A stretch of 60,527 bases of DNA, filler included, from Catajapyx aquilonaris (Eukaryota): the NCBI GenBank assembly GCA_000934665.2. It is 4 parts of 4 records of this genome, joined end to end, with 100 filler letters (N's around TTAATTAATTAA, not from the genome) between each part and the next. Parts side by side here need not be neighbours in the genome. Positions count along the whole stretch, not along the records: positions 30,384 to 45,402 come from JYFJ02007622.1; positions 45,503 to 60,527 come from JYFJ02007623.1; 2 more parts are not named here. One strand, 5' to 3'. Below the pieces are notes generated by a model, which did not search any database, was not told where the DNA came from, and saw nothing but the letters and a program-made list of their open reading frames with translations. A program made the position numbers and the translations under genes. How positions within the stretch are numbered: position 1 is the first letter of the stretch; every line of letters starts with the position of its first letter. Positions 36,084-47,439 of the stretch are shown here, one piece after another.

Positions 36084-36532
36084 CAAGGAGCATATACTAC
36101 ATAATAACAGGCGCAAACTTCTGTCGGCGCCTTTGATGTTCGCGTCTCTCTGTTTATAGGGCGTTGCCAAGGCTGGCGGCCATTTTGAAGTGTGTGGTAC
36201 TCCAACGAGGTGTAAATAGGGTACAGGCAAAAATAGTGTCCGCCATCTTTGATGGTTTTGGCGGCCATGGCAACTACACGGCAAGAACACGCGCAATTTG
36301 AATTCGATATTGGAAAATGGGTAAGTAAATTGTTATTGCCGTGTATTGCCATGGCAGCCAAAACCATCAAAGATGGCGGACCCCCGCGGACCTTGACGAC
36401 CTGCCTGTACCCTATTTATACCTCGTTGGCGCACCACACACTTCAAAATGACCGCCAGCCTTGGCAACGCCCTATAAACAGAGAGACACAAAAATCGAAT
36501 GTTTGCGCCTCTTATGTAGTATATGCTCCCTG
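36084..36532. mobile_element. Palindromic MITE with 7-bp TSD (P-element-like)
   Basis: caaggagcatatactacataa / ttatgtagtatatgctccctg, ~200-bp arms, accctgc duplicated. Confidence 0.85.
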
Positions 36533-36821
36533 ACCCTGCAATACTTTCTTGCAGCTAAGACAACAATGTGCGCATTATTTTGGAACCATATTATGTGAAT
36601 GTCACTGTAGAGTGGAACCCCTAGCGTGGCTTACAATGCCACTTCGACGTGCCGCTCACTACTCCTCCACAAAAGTGAGCTGCCAGCAGAGTTGTCTCTG
36701 CTGTCAGCACCTCCATGGGCTGAAAGTCACATAGCTCGCCTTCGATGCTCTCTCGTCTCAACCCATACGAAACTGCTTAACCCATTCCTTCATGGTGGAA
36801 TATGAAGAATAATGAATAATA

Positions 36822-36866
<45 letters not shown>

Positions 36867-36893
36867 GAAGAAGAAGAAGAAGAAGAAGAAGAG

Positions 36894-36958
<65 letters not shown>

Positions 36959-37170
36959 TTAAAAAACAAATGAAATAAAATTTACCTTCGAAACTATTTA
37001 TATTCAACTGGTTGTTTATTAACTTTTATTTTCTGTTGATGGAGTGATATACAATTACATGGAAACAAAATATTTACTATAGAGGTTTGTGGGGATTAAT
37101 CGAATCTAAGCAACAACAATAGTTAAAAATTACAACAGTTGTATTCAACATCATCTTACATGGCTTTCAG

Positions 37171-37304
37171 CAGCTGTGGGGAAAAACAGCCCTTCAAAGA
37201 AAATATTCAGAGCAACGAAGGTGAGAACATGACTGAACACTCCCAGGAAATGGAGGCCATTGCTCTGAAAGGCGATGGAGATGAAGTTCAAGTAGCAGAT
37301 AATG
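37171..37304 (+). CDS. Candidate internal exon of an unidentified host gene
   Basis: tttcag acceptor, open acidic frame (..NEGENMTEHSQEMEAIALKGDGDEVQVADN), strong G|GTAAGT donor, phase 1. Confidence 0.55.
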
Positions 37305-37630
37305 GTAAGTTATTTTCAGTTATTTTCTTTGCACTATGATGGTTCAGATATACCTGCCAGGCTTGTACGACAGGCTTAACTTATTGATTACAAAAGCATG
37401 GCCTTTGCTGTCAGGCTAATTTAAAAGAATTTCCTCCCTTTTGCAACTTTTACTACACTGGTGCAAGTAGGCCATGCACTATTGCTTGCGTTGGCTACAA
37501 GGAATTAAGTGACGCTTAACATGTAACATGGAAAACTGTTAGGGTGGGTTGCACGTGAAGTGGCATGGTGCCAGCTTCAGATTTCTTGTTTGAACAATGC
37601 ATTAATTTCTACATTAAATGTTACCAAAAG

Positions 37631-37745
37631 TGGCAGAGCAAAAAAGGACTGGAAAGAGAGAGCCAGACGAAGAAGATACCCGTAGCGGAGAAGAACGCAG
37701 CCATAAGAGGAAGCCTAAAAATGAAATGATGCAGGACATGAAGAG
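37631..37745 (+). CDS. Candidate internal exon, phase-compatible with 37171-37304
   Basis: AG acceptor completes a GTG codon. AEQKRTGKREPDEEDTRSGEERSHKRKPKNEMMQDMK. AG|GTTAGT donor. Confidence 0.55.
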
Positions 37746-39133
37746 GTTAGTATTACACTGTGTCAGTCACTTTCTAAATGATTTGAAACTTGTGTTTTTG
37801 TCCAAATACGGCTCCATCGAAGAGACTGTCCATTCCTATATTGAAGCAACAAATGGTGCACACCGAGCGGTAATCGGTTTTTTAATCACTGAACGTGTTG
37901 GGAGTACTGAAACCCATCACTCGTTGAGTACTGTGTGCGTAATGTGTATATCATTTGTCGCGTGTTAGGTCATGGAGTAAGTGGTATTGAGAGGGGCAGT
38001 TGTCGTTGACTTGTGATTCCTGGCCAGATCAAGCAAACCCCTTACGCCAGGCTCTTACAGGACAAAGATATGCAGCTTTCGTACATGTGACTCGAACGGC
38101 GATGCACTTCTGTACTCCAACAACATCTTCCGCGGTTCTAAAATGCATTACCTCTCACTTCTCAACATTCCTTGCTCCCATATCTGACTGGCTGGTCTTT
38201 TTCACATGGGAGGCCTGTATAATGGCACACTGCGAGTGTGTCACGTGATTGAATTCCCAACTGTCAGTCTGTTATAATAATACACCTGGACGACCTTTGT
38301 TTTGTGGATGACATGTTAGGAGAAACTCATCCATTAATTTGCTATATGACAGCGGCTCGTTTTTATCTGAATGATCCTTATAGAATACACTTTGAATCGT
38401 CATTGGTAATATGGGGCACTCAATTATTATCAGTGCCACCTTTACACCTTATTTGTGAAGAGAAAAGGAAAAACTTTAATTTGATTCCAAAATAGTCCAA
38501 TTGGTGAAGAAATAAGCAAAATGCAAGGATATTTCTCCACATGGATATATGGATTGCCTCTCAGTGCACAGCATTTTTTGCTTCCACATCTGAGTAGACA
38601 AGTCTGTCAGATGGAGGTGTCCTGAACAAAGGCACACTGCGACGGTGTTGAGTGATCAATTAGCCAACTGTCAGGGTGTCATAATATTGCACTGGTATGT
38701 CCTTCGTTTTGTGTATAAGATGTCCGGAGAAATTCTTCCGGAAATTTGTTGCTGTGTTGTTTCATAAGCCATGCTGCGTATTTTTTTATTCAACAACTTT
38801 AACTCATACAGAGATGACCTTTGCCTGTACTACCAGCAGTTTGCCAGTTCTTTGCACGGGAATTGAAGAATCCCATAGCTATGGTTACCCATATAGCCAT
38901 GGTAACTTCATTGCAGTAGGAACCTACGGGGGCGTCAGAGGGTCTGTTTTGGGTTCGGGCCAGTTTAGGGGCTGGGTGGTTTAGAGGTGGGGCGATGGGA
39001 CATATCAGCACAATTTTCTTTTTATATGGTAACCATACTACTTCAACAATTAACTCTTTTGTCATGCATCACACAAACACTAACTTCATACCCATAGTAA
39101 CCGTAATGATGCCGTAGTAGCCACCATGTTGAC

Positions 39134-40216
39134 CAGGGGTTCCGAAACTGTGCATAGCGACCCCATTTGGGGTCGCGAATTTAATATTTGGGGTCGCAAG
39201 GGAGGGTAAGAAATTATTTTTCCGAAATGATTATCTCTGTTATGAAAATTATGTCCAAAAAGTAAGTTACAGAAAAATTCAGGGATAAGCTATTGTTTAT
39301 CCGCATGTTAACAACAAGGCCTCCCGACGGTTGGCAACGTTGCGTCGCAAACAATCGCGTGCCTTTTGATACTGCTGCATGGTTACATGGAACTGTGCTC
39401 TATTTTTCTTTTCGGGCTTTCGGGGATTCAATTCGGGATTTTGAGGTGATTAAGTGGATGGAATAGCCTTTGTCTTGGTATTGCTGTATGGCTTTTTGTT
39501 ACCGCAACAGTACTGTACATTGTTGTGGCCCTGCCAAGCACGGTACGTCGCCTGTGCGTGATATTTTTAGTTTTTGTGGAGCGATAGCAGAGCTGGGCGC
39601 TTATTGTGGGTTTCTGTATCCACAACATTTACTGTCCGTCTTGTGGCGCCGCAGGCCAACGAACGTTATTGTGGCTTTGCCAAGTGCAAAGTACACCTTC
39701 ACACAGTCCGTTAAACCAACGAACTACATGACGCCAAGTTCCGCCCGCCACCACCCGGCTCTCCCCTCCAAACATGCCCACGACTCACTCTGCAGGCATA
39801 CTACTGCACACGCTCAGAAAACACGGCTGATGTGACATCATATCGTTCTTTGGGTTAACGGACTGCAGCAACCATCATGGCTTTCATATTTCCCACCTCC
39901 TTCATTAATACTGTGGTCCTAGCACTCGTCTGAACGGTTCGCGTGGCAGGGGTAAGAAGACACCCTTTGTTGTGCTCTCCCGGCAACCGGTTGTTTTCGA
40001 CGCGTAGCCAACATGTTTGAAGCACCGCGTCGCTATGTGCGGATAAACGATAGACTTTCCAAATTCAGCTACTCGACAACAGTTATTAATGGTTTTAATT
40101 TCCCTGTATACCTCTCTTTTCACATGTTGGGGGATCAAATGTGCACGTCCGGGGGGTCGCAAGTTTTAAAAAAATGATTTTTTGGGGTTTCCAACAAAAA
40201 AGATTGGAAAGCACTT
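39134..40216. mobile_element. Non-autonomous hAT element
   Basis: caggggttccgaaact ... ttggaaagcactt, ggggtcgc subterminal motifs, TSD atgttgac/acgttgac. Confidence 0.75.
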
Positions 40217-40296
40217 ACGTTGACCATGGTTACCAAGATTTAGATGTGTGTGCAACGCATCCGAAAACAGTGAATTGTTTACTAGGAGGTTATATG

Positions 40297-40405
40297 GGGT
40301 GGAATTTTCGTCCCACTACTAGTTACTGCTAACTTACCAGTACCATTGTACTGCACTAATACTGCTCAGTTAGCAGTAAGTATCAGTGAGACAAAAATTC
40401 CACCC
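40297..40405. mobile_element. Short palindromic MITE
   Basis: gggtggaattttcgtcccact / agtgagacaaaaattccaccc. Confidence 0.75.
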
Positions 40406-40640
40406 ATTGTTAGGTTCTATTGCTATGGTTACTAATGGTATGAGTAGTATGACGCATGACAAGCCCTTGTTTTCTGACGTAATGATGCATCTGTGGCATA
40501 AACTGTTTCTTTCGAATGACTCGATGTTTCTGCAAAAATGAGCACTACTTTCATTTACAAGGTGTATGAATTTGTCAGTTTGTCCCATTCCCTTTCCCCA
40601 ACCATACCCTTCCCTCTACCATCCCTACTCTCTACCTCCA

Positions 40641-40780
40641 GGTTACCGTAGCAACGGGTTTACCATAGCAACAGTGACCATGGCAACTGGCTTATTATAG
40701 CAATGGGTCTCCATAGCAAGTTACCATGCAACAGGTTTCCATAGCAACAGGTTTCCACAGCAAGGGGTTGCCAAGGCAAC
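40641..40780. repeat. Minisatellite of RFX X-box-like units
   Basis: About nine 14-17-bp units of the GTTACCATAGCAAC type. Confidence 0.8.
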
Positions 40781-41466
40781 CGTGTGAAAAAACAGGTATC
40801 CTGCCTGTTTTTAAAATACTGTACTAGAAAAACCCTCGCTCCGCTCAAATTTTTCTATGGCACAGGTGTAGAAAACCACTCGCTTCGCTCACGTTTTTCT
40901 ACGCCTGCGGTGGACACCGCATTTTAAATCGCTTCCGACTTATAGCCAGTGATGATGCCCATCCCCCAATCATATGTGTACTCCCACCCCACCCCTTTCC
41001 TCCGTCCGTGATTCTGAACTGTTATCCACGATTCTGTACTACCTTGCGAACCGTCTGAAATCCCACCTTTGCATTGCATTGGCTGGGAAATACTCTGCAT
41101 GCATTTGCTCACCGCCTCAACATGCCAATTCCTTTTGAATGTTTAAAACCCCCAATAAATTATTGTACGAACAGAAATCCACAACCTCTACCTCCTCTAC
41201 TCGCATGCACTCATCGCACACATGTATCTAAATTATATTATGCACTCTTTCCGACCAGGTTTTGTAACTGCTCATAATTATAACTCCCCTTTATTATGAA
41301 CATCCATGGAACTCTGCAGAAAGACGATCAAGTACTGATTTCATTATTCTTCCCGCCAATTTCTTTTGATATTCTCGACCTATTCCCCTGTTCAGTGTTG
41401 AATATTGCAGCCAATCCTGCTTACAAACTCTCCCTGCGGTGTTGACAGGAGGTTGACCTTCTTTAA

Positions 41467-42288
41467 CCCTTTGACGACTACAGACATCATAATTATGATG
41501 TCTTGAGATTTGCCCTGACAACTTGGGACATTTTTCAACTCGTAAAATTCCGACCTCACCGATTTTCTTGAAATTCGGTGCATTGGTAGCCCACCCCAAG
41601 GGATGAAAACGCACCTATAATTACCTGCTCGAAATTGACCCACATTGGAGGGGGGCATATGTCAATGCACCGAATTTCAAGAAAATCGGTGAGGGCGGAA
41701 TTTACACCTCTGCCCCCCTCCAATGTGGGTCGCAGGGTCCTTTTGGGCTTATGTCGGGTTTACAGGCCATTCGCCGAGTCAATTAGGAGACAGTACCTGC
41801 GGCTTGCTGACCCTTCTTTGAATCGTTGTTTTGCTACTGGGTTTGAAGTTGGGGGAGTGACCAGGGACCCCGGAATTAATTCCTCAAGCTGAAGCAGAAT
41901 GCAGATGGGAGCATTGTTGTCATTGTTGCCGAATCGTATGTTGCTAGGTACTGAACAAACACAACGATGAAAATGTGGAAATCGTGACTAATTGATTCGA
42001 CGAATGGCCTGTAAACTCGACTTCAGCCGGTGCGTTTTTCATCCCTTGGGGTGGGCTACCATTGCACCGAATTTCAAGCAAATCGGTGAGGTCGGAATTT
42101 TATGACTTGACCTCTGCCCCCCTCAAAAATGGGTCACAGGGTCATTTTGATCAGGTAACGATAGGTAATCCGGGGAGTCCGCGGATTATTATTCATTAAT
42201 ATCACTCTTCATCAAATTTCCGGAAAAGGGGAAAAATAACTCAGGCCCTGGGGTAAGGCAATGGCTCAAAAACTCCGCCGTCAAAAGG
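41467..42288. mobile_element. piggyBac-type MITE inside the Helitron
   Basis: TTAA|ccctttgacg ... cgtcaaaagg|TTAA. Confidence 0.7.
41747..42029. mobile_element. MITE nested in the piggyBac MITE
   Basis: ggcttatgtcgggtttacaggccattcg / cgaatggcctgtaaactcgacttcagcc. Second copy, reversed, at ~45650-45872. Confidence 0.75.
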
Positions 42289-42539
42289 TTAAAAAACTGA
42301 AATTATTTTACTTTATAAACGTCCACGGAGTTGGCAGTTTGGCACCACTGCACTGATAAACAACATCCCGACCGTAGTCCAATGTTCGGCTTGTTTACGG
42401 CTTCCATTTCCCCCTCCCCTGTTGTGAGGTCACCGTGAAGAAGATGTGGGCGGAGGAAGGTGGAAGGGTGGAGAGGTCTTCACGGGAGAGGAGAATGATG
42501 CATCCTCGTTGACGTCCAGCAAGCGACAGTGGCGTTCTC

Positions 42540-42700
42540 CCACCCATTGCGCATGCTCGGAACGGGGGCCAATCGGAGGCGTCATGGTAACAATGTGTGT
42601 TGAATACGACGCAGCAACAATGGACGGGGGCCAATGCGAAAAGATGGCGGCAACAATACGGGGGCGGACCAATCAGAGGGCTCAGCCCCCCAACGCAAGC
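42540..42700. promoter_or_regulatory. Promoter-motif cluster in the Helitron 5' end
   Basis: Three CCAAT boxes, GC box ggggcgg, YY1-type aagatggcggc, NRF1-like tgcgcatgc. CpG-rich. Confidence 0.5.
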
Positions 42701-43235
42701 ATTTTAATATTATAGATAACCAGTACATGGTTGGCTCATTCTGCAAAAAAAAATCCACACGTGTTAGTTGTGATTTGCGAGCTATGGCCTATTGGACAGA
42801 CTGAGGTAGATTGTTAGTAGAATTCCCTTTGAAATCTCTGTGGTAATTATCTGTGGCACTTACAAGGGAAGGCTGGGACCTCTTGTCAACAGACTTGGCC
42901 AAAAATCGCTCAGTGGGTAAATCACATGCGTAGAATTCACTGGTGAACGTAAAAAGATGCATTTTGCAGCCATTTCCGACACTTGAGTGACGACAGATCC
43001 CGCGCGCTGAATAGCGCATCCGCCTCGTAATCTAAGAGTCCCCCCCTTGCTCTTTTTTTTTGTGTCCCCTTCCCCCTCCCCTGTGTCTGAATACAAATGC
43101 AAAATCGTATCAATCTTTTTGAGCTGTAAAAGTACATAAGGGAGATAAAGTAATGTCAGTGCCCATCATTTACAAATTTTGGTCACACATAACTGACGAC
43201 ATACAGTCATACAATCACAAATATGAAGTATTACA

Positions 43236-43532
43236 ATATAAGAATAATATCATACCCCATTGAAGCCGTTCTGGCTTTTTAGGGGGGAGATTTGTTTTTT
43301 TTGGCTGGAACTCTTGTAAACTTTATTTCGCTTTTTTTGGGACGGGATAGGGATGGAAGGAAGCGGCTGTGGCCTATTAACTAGGAAACAACTCCGGTAT
43401 TCACCTGGAGGAACCGTGGGAAACCACAGAAAACCACGGTCAGAGTTGCCGGCACCGGGATTCGAACCTCGAACCCCAGGACCTCCCGATTAGCTGGCGG
43501 ACTCCATATCCACTACACCAACCTGCTTCGGT
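43236..43532 (-). mobile_element. SINE family A
   Basis: Reverse complement of the 9392 family. TSD aaatatgaagtattaca. Confidence 0.9.
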
Positions 43533-43549
43533 AAATATGAAGTATTACA

Positions 43550-43820
43550 CCGAAGGAGGTTGGTGTGATGGTTAAGGAGCCCGACTGCTAATCGGGAGGT
43601 CCTGGGTACGAATCCCGGGGCCGGCAACCCTGACTGTGGTTTTCTGTGGTTTTCCACGGTCCTCCCAGGATAATTCCGGGGTTGTTTCCGTATAATAGGC
43701 CATAGCCGCTTCCTTCCTTCCCTATCCTTGGTCCCATCCAATGGTGGTACTCCACCCCCCTAATGGAGCGCCGATTTTCCCAATGGGGTAAAATAAATAA
43801 AAATAAATAAATATATAAAT
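43550..43820 (+). mobile_element. SINE family A variant, head-to-head with the preceding copy
   Basis: tRNA head, (AAAT)n tail, third target copy aaatttgaagtattac at 43821-43836. Confidence 0.9.
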
Positions 43821-44499
43821 AAATTTGAAGTATTACGTTGTTGAGCATCAGGAAATCGCCATATGTAATTATTTTGCATTTGGTATTGCACTTTATGCAG
43901 ATTTTCATACGCAGGGATAAGTAGGCCTACTGCACAAGCCTTCAGGTAATGTGTCAGTGTTTTAACACTGTCCATAAGAGGCTCCGTACAATGCGAGAAA
44001 AGCACATCACATGAAAAAAGGGATGAGGATCCACTATTTATTGCCCTTGTCTTGTGCTGAGATTTTTGCAGTAATTAATCTAAAGCGCATGTGCCAAAGG
44101 ACACTGAAATTCATCAGAATGTGCAGGCAAAAACAAAAACAGGTTAAGAACTTAGAAAAAGAGGGGAGGTGGAAGGGGACAAAAAAACAGAGAAAGTGGG
44201 ATGGTTGGTTTACAATTCGGATGCACTATTCAGTGCCCGGGATCTGTCGTCGCTCATATCTCGGAAGTGGTGGAGGATTGCATCTTTTTACGTTCACTAG
44301 TGAAGTGAATTACCATAGTAGCAGTTACCATGGCAACCGTGTGAAAAAACCGAGTGTCCTGCTTGTTTTTAAAATACCCGTACATGGTTAGCTCATTCTG
44401 CAAAAAAACAAAAATCAACACGTGTTAGTTGTGAATTGCGAGCTATGGCTTATTGGACCAACTGAGGTAGATTGTTACTAGAATTCACTTTGAAATCTC

Positions 44500-45065
44500 A
44501 CAAGGGAAGTGTAAGTGTTGTCAATGGCGTTTCTGAATCAAACTTGGCACAATGATATAGTAATAATGAGTTATTTAAGAAAATGCAAAAAAAAAATTGG
44601 CGGATGCCCACAAGGTCAAAAGTTATGACCTCTCGAACTCACAAGAGACACTTTCCAAGGTCTCACCGATTTTCTTGAAATTCGGTACATTGGGAGGCCA
44701 CCCCGAGGGATGAAAAACGCACATAAAATGACCTGCTCAAAATGACCCGGTGACCCCTTTTTGGGGGCTACCAATGCACCGAATTTCAAGAAAATTGGTG
44801 AGTTTTTGGCATTTAAGACTTGACCTCTGTCCTCCAAAAAGGGGTCACCAGGTCATTTTGAGCAGGTCACTTTATGTGCGTTTTTCATCCCTCGGGGTGG
44901 CCTACCAATGTACCGAATTTCAAGAAAATCGGTGAGACCTTGGAAAGGGTCCCTTGTGGGCATCCGCCAAAATTTTTTGCATTTTCTTTAATAACTTATC
45001 ATTACTATATCATTGTGCCAAGTTTGATTCAGGAACGCCATTGACAACACTTACACTTCCCTTGT
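44500..45065. repeat. ~565-bp fold-back repeat
   Basis: Arms acaagggaagtgtaagtgttgtcaatggcg... / ...cgccattgacaacacttacacttcccttgt. Core caccgaatttcaagaaaatcggtga is shared with 41540-42160. Confidence 0.85.
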
Positions 45066-45402
45066 CAGTTGTAATTATCTGTGGCACTTAGCACCTCTTT
45101 TATGCCTTATATAGTTACTAGAGAAAAGAAAAAGGTTTAATTTGATAGCAAAATGAGCCCAACTGGTGAATAAATAAGCCAAATACGAGGATTTTAAACT
45201 GATGCATAAAATGTGACAGCCTCAATCACAACGAAATTGACATTTTCAAAAATTTCTTCTGTGCCCAATTTTATGGACCCAAGAAGTTGGAAAAAAATTA
45301 ATGTAATCTAATATATATTTCAAGAACTATGTCTGTCCTTTGTGACCTAAACAGATACATACGGAGGCCTCCACATATGCCCCAGGGGTGTCACTAGGGG
45401 TA

Positions 45403-45502
45403 NNNNNNNNNNNNNNNNNNNNNNNNNNNNNNNNNNNNNNNNNNNNTTAATTAATTAANNNNNNNNNNNNNNNNNNNNNNNNNNNNNNNNNNNNNNNNNN
45501 NN
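45403..45502. other. Artificial contig spacer
   Basis: 44 N + TTAATTAATTAA + 44 N. Confidence 0.95.
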
Positions 45503-47079
45503 CAGGCGACGTACCGTGCCTGGCAGGGCCACAACAATGTACAGTACTGTTGCGGTTACAAAAAGCCATACAGCATCACTCAGACAAAGGGCTATTCCAG
45601 GCTATAATCACCTCAAAATCTGTACCGATCTGTATTAATTTAGAAGAGGCTATTCGTAACCTAGCAACTTACGATTCGAACTGAGACATAACAATTAGCA
45701 TGACAATGATTCCATGTGTATTCTGGTACAACTTGAGGAATTAATTGCGGGGTCCCTGGTCACTTCCCGGACTTCAACCCCAGAAGCAAAACAACGATTC
45801 AAAGGGTCAGCAAGCCGCAGGTACTGTTTCCAAATTGATTCGGGGGAATGTCCCGTATACTTGACTTCAGCCTGATATGCAAATTGCTCCATTGGGTGAA
45901 TTGGAAATAGTAATACAATTTATTTTTGAGGGCAGCTGAATTCATTGCTGAGGGGGCATGAATGGAATTAAATGGGAAGTGAATTGAGAAGAATGGGACT
46001 AACTGGAATACGAATTGAGAATTGGATGGAAGTGAATGACAAATTAAATTTTTTAATTTAATTTTTTTAATTTTTAAAAACTTAAATTTAATTGAAATGG
46101 GATGTGAGTGAGCAATAAATTGATTGTAGTTAATTCATTGTCAAATGAATTGTGTCCGTCTCTGGCATACATTTTTTTTTTTCAGCTGTAGAATCAGGGC
46201 TCACAAGCATGCAACAAAGCTGAGGTGCTTCTGTCAGAATACAGTTATTGATGGATAGATATTTATTTTATGGAGTATCAGAAAAAGTACCACCACCACC
46301 ATTAGGGCATGAGCAGCCTTTCTGAGAACTAGGAAACATTATTCAAGCTGGAAGGGTATGTGGGGCTTGGTGGTAACCAAGGGAGTAAATCTAATCCATC
46401 ATAGGGAGTAATAATACAGCATCTATTCTGCTTAAAATAACTATTTTTATATCCAGGGAAAGTAATCTCTTGTATGGATTGCAGGGGGTGTTTCTCCATC
46501 ATTACTCACAAATGCATTGTTGGTTTGCAGTATGTTCTTAATAAAATTGTGGAATCTGTGACAAGATAAATGTGCATCATAATAAATATTGGTGCCTGGT
46601 TAGGCTAGGAGTAGGAACTATTGTTTTACTGACATGTTGTGGCATCTATCCAAAGACATCCATCCCAGCTACAGATCCCGAGAAACCCCATTACCTGACT
46701 ACTACCTGTCTTTCCATTGCATGGTCCCATCGAGCTGCACCTGTTTCCTTGTGTCATAATTGCCACGTAAGTGTCGTAGTACTCTAGGAGTCTAGGTTAT
46801 TAATTAATCCTGTGACTAAGGCCTTATGAAGGCAATACAATATCAAATTATCTTGTAAAGGGTGTAAGGTCATAATGCAAGTTATAATCTGGACCGAAAA
46901 TGAGGAATGCCTGAATAGATTTTGGATTTTTTCTGCCATTTTAAAAACCATGGACACAATTACTCCAGCTGCATTATAACCACATCCAAAAGGTGTGCAG
47001 TATAGTACATGACCTAATAGGTGTTTAAAAAGATGTCCAATGTATGGAGTAAAGAAATATTTGGGGATTTCTCTAGTTA

Positions 47080-47384
47080 AAGTCCATTAAATGAAAGAAC
47101 GATCCGAAGTCATCATTTTGTTTACCAACTCCTAGTGAATGGAAATCTACCGAACACAACCTTGGAACCTTCCACTTTTCCAGTTTCCATGGAGATGCTC
47201 TCACACAACAATAGGAATAAACAGTGTCAACAAAAAAGAACAATGTTTGCTCATATTGTTGTGTGATAGCATCTCCATGGAAACGGAAAGTGGAAGGTTC
47301 CAGAGGTGCGTTGGCAGATTTTCGTTGACTAGGAGTCGGTAAACAAAACGAGGACGTCAGATCGTTCTTTCATTTAACGGACTT
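47080..47384. mobile_element. Palindromic MITE in the last intron
   Basis: aagtccattaaatgaaagaacgatc / gatcgttctttcatttaacggactt. Diverged relative at ~54065-54260. Confidence 0.85.
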
Positions 47385-47439
47385 GTAGATGCAGAGGATT
47401 TGTCAAGTGGAATATTAGATTGTATCATTTTCGTTTCAG

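Larger units (their letters stand above)
40824..42716 (-). mobile_element. Complete non-autonomous Helitron
   Basis: Minus strand starts A|TCTATAATATTAAAA and ends with hairpins plus gagcggagcgagggtttttCTAG|T, with no TSD. An approximately empty paralogous site lies at 44324-44500. Confidence 0.85.
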
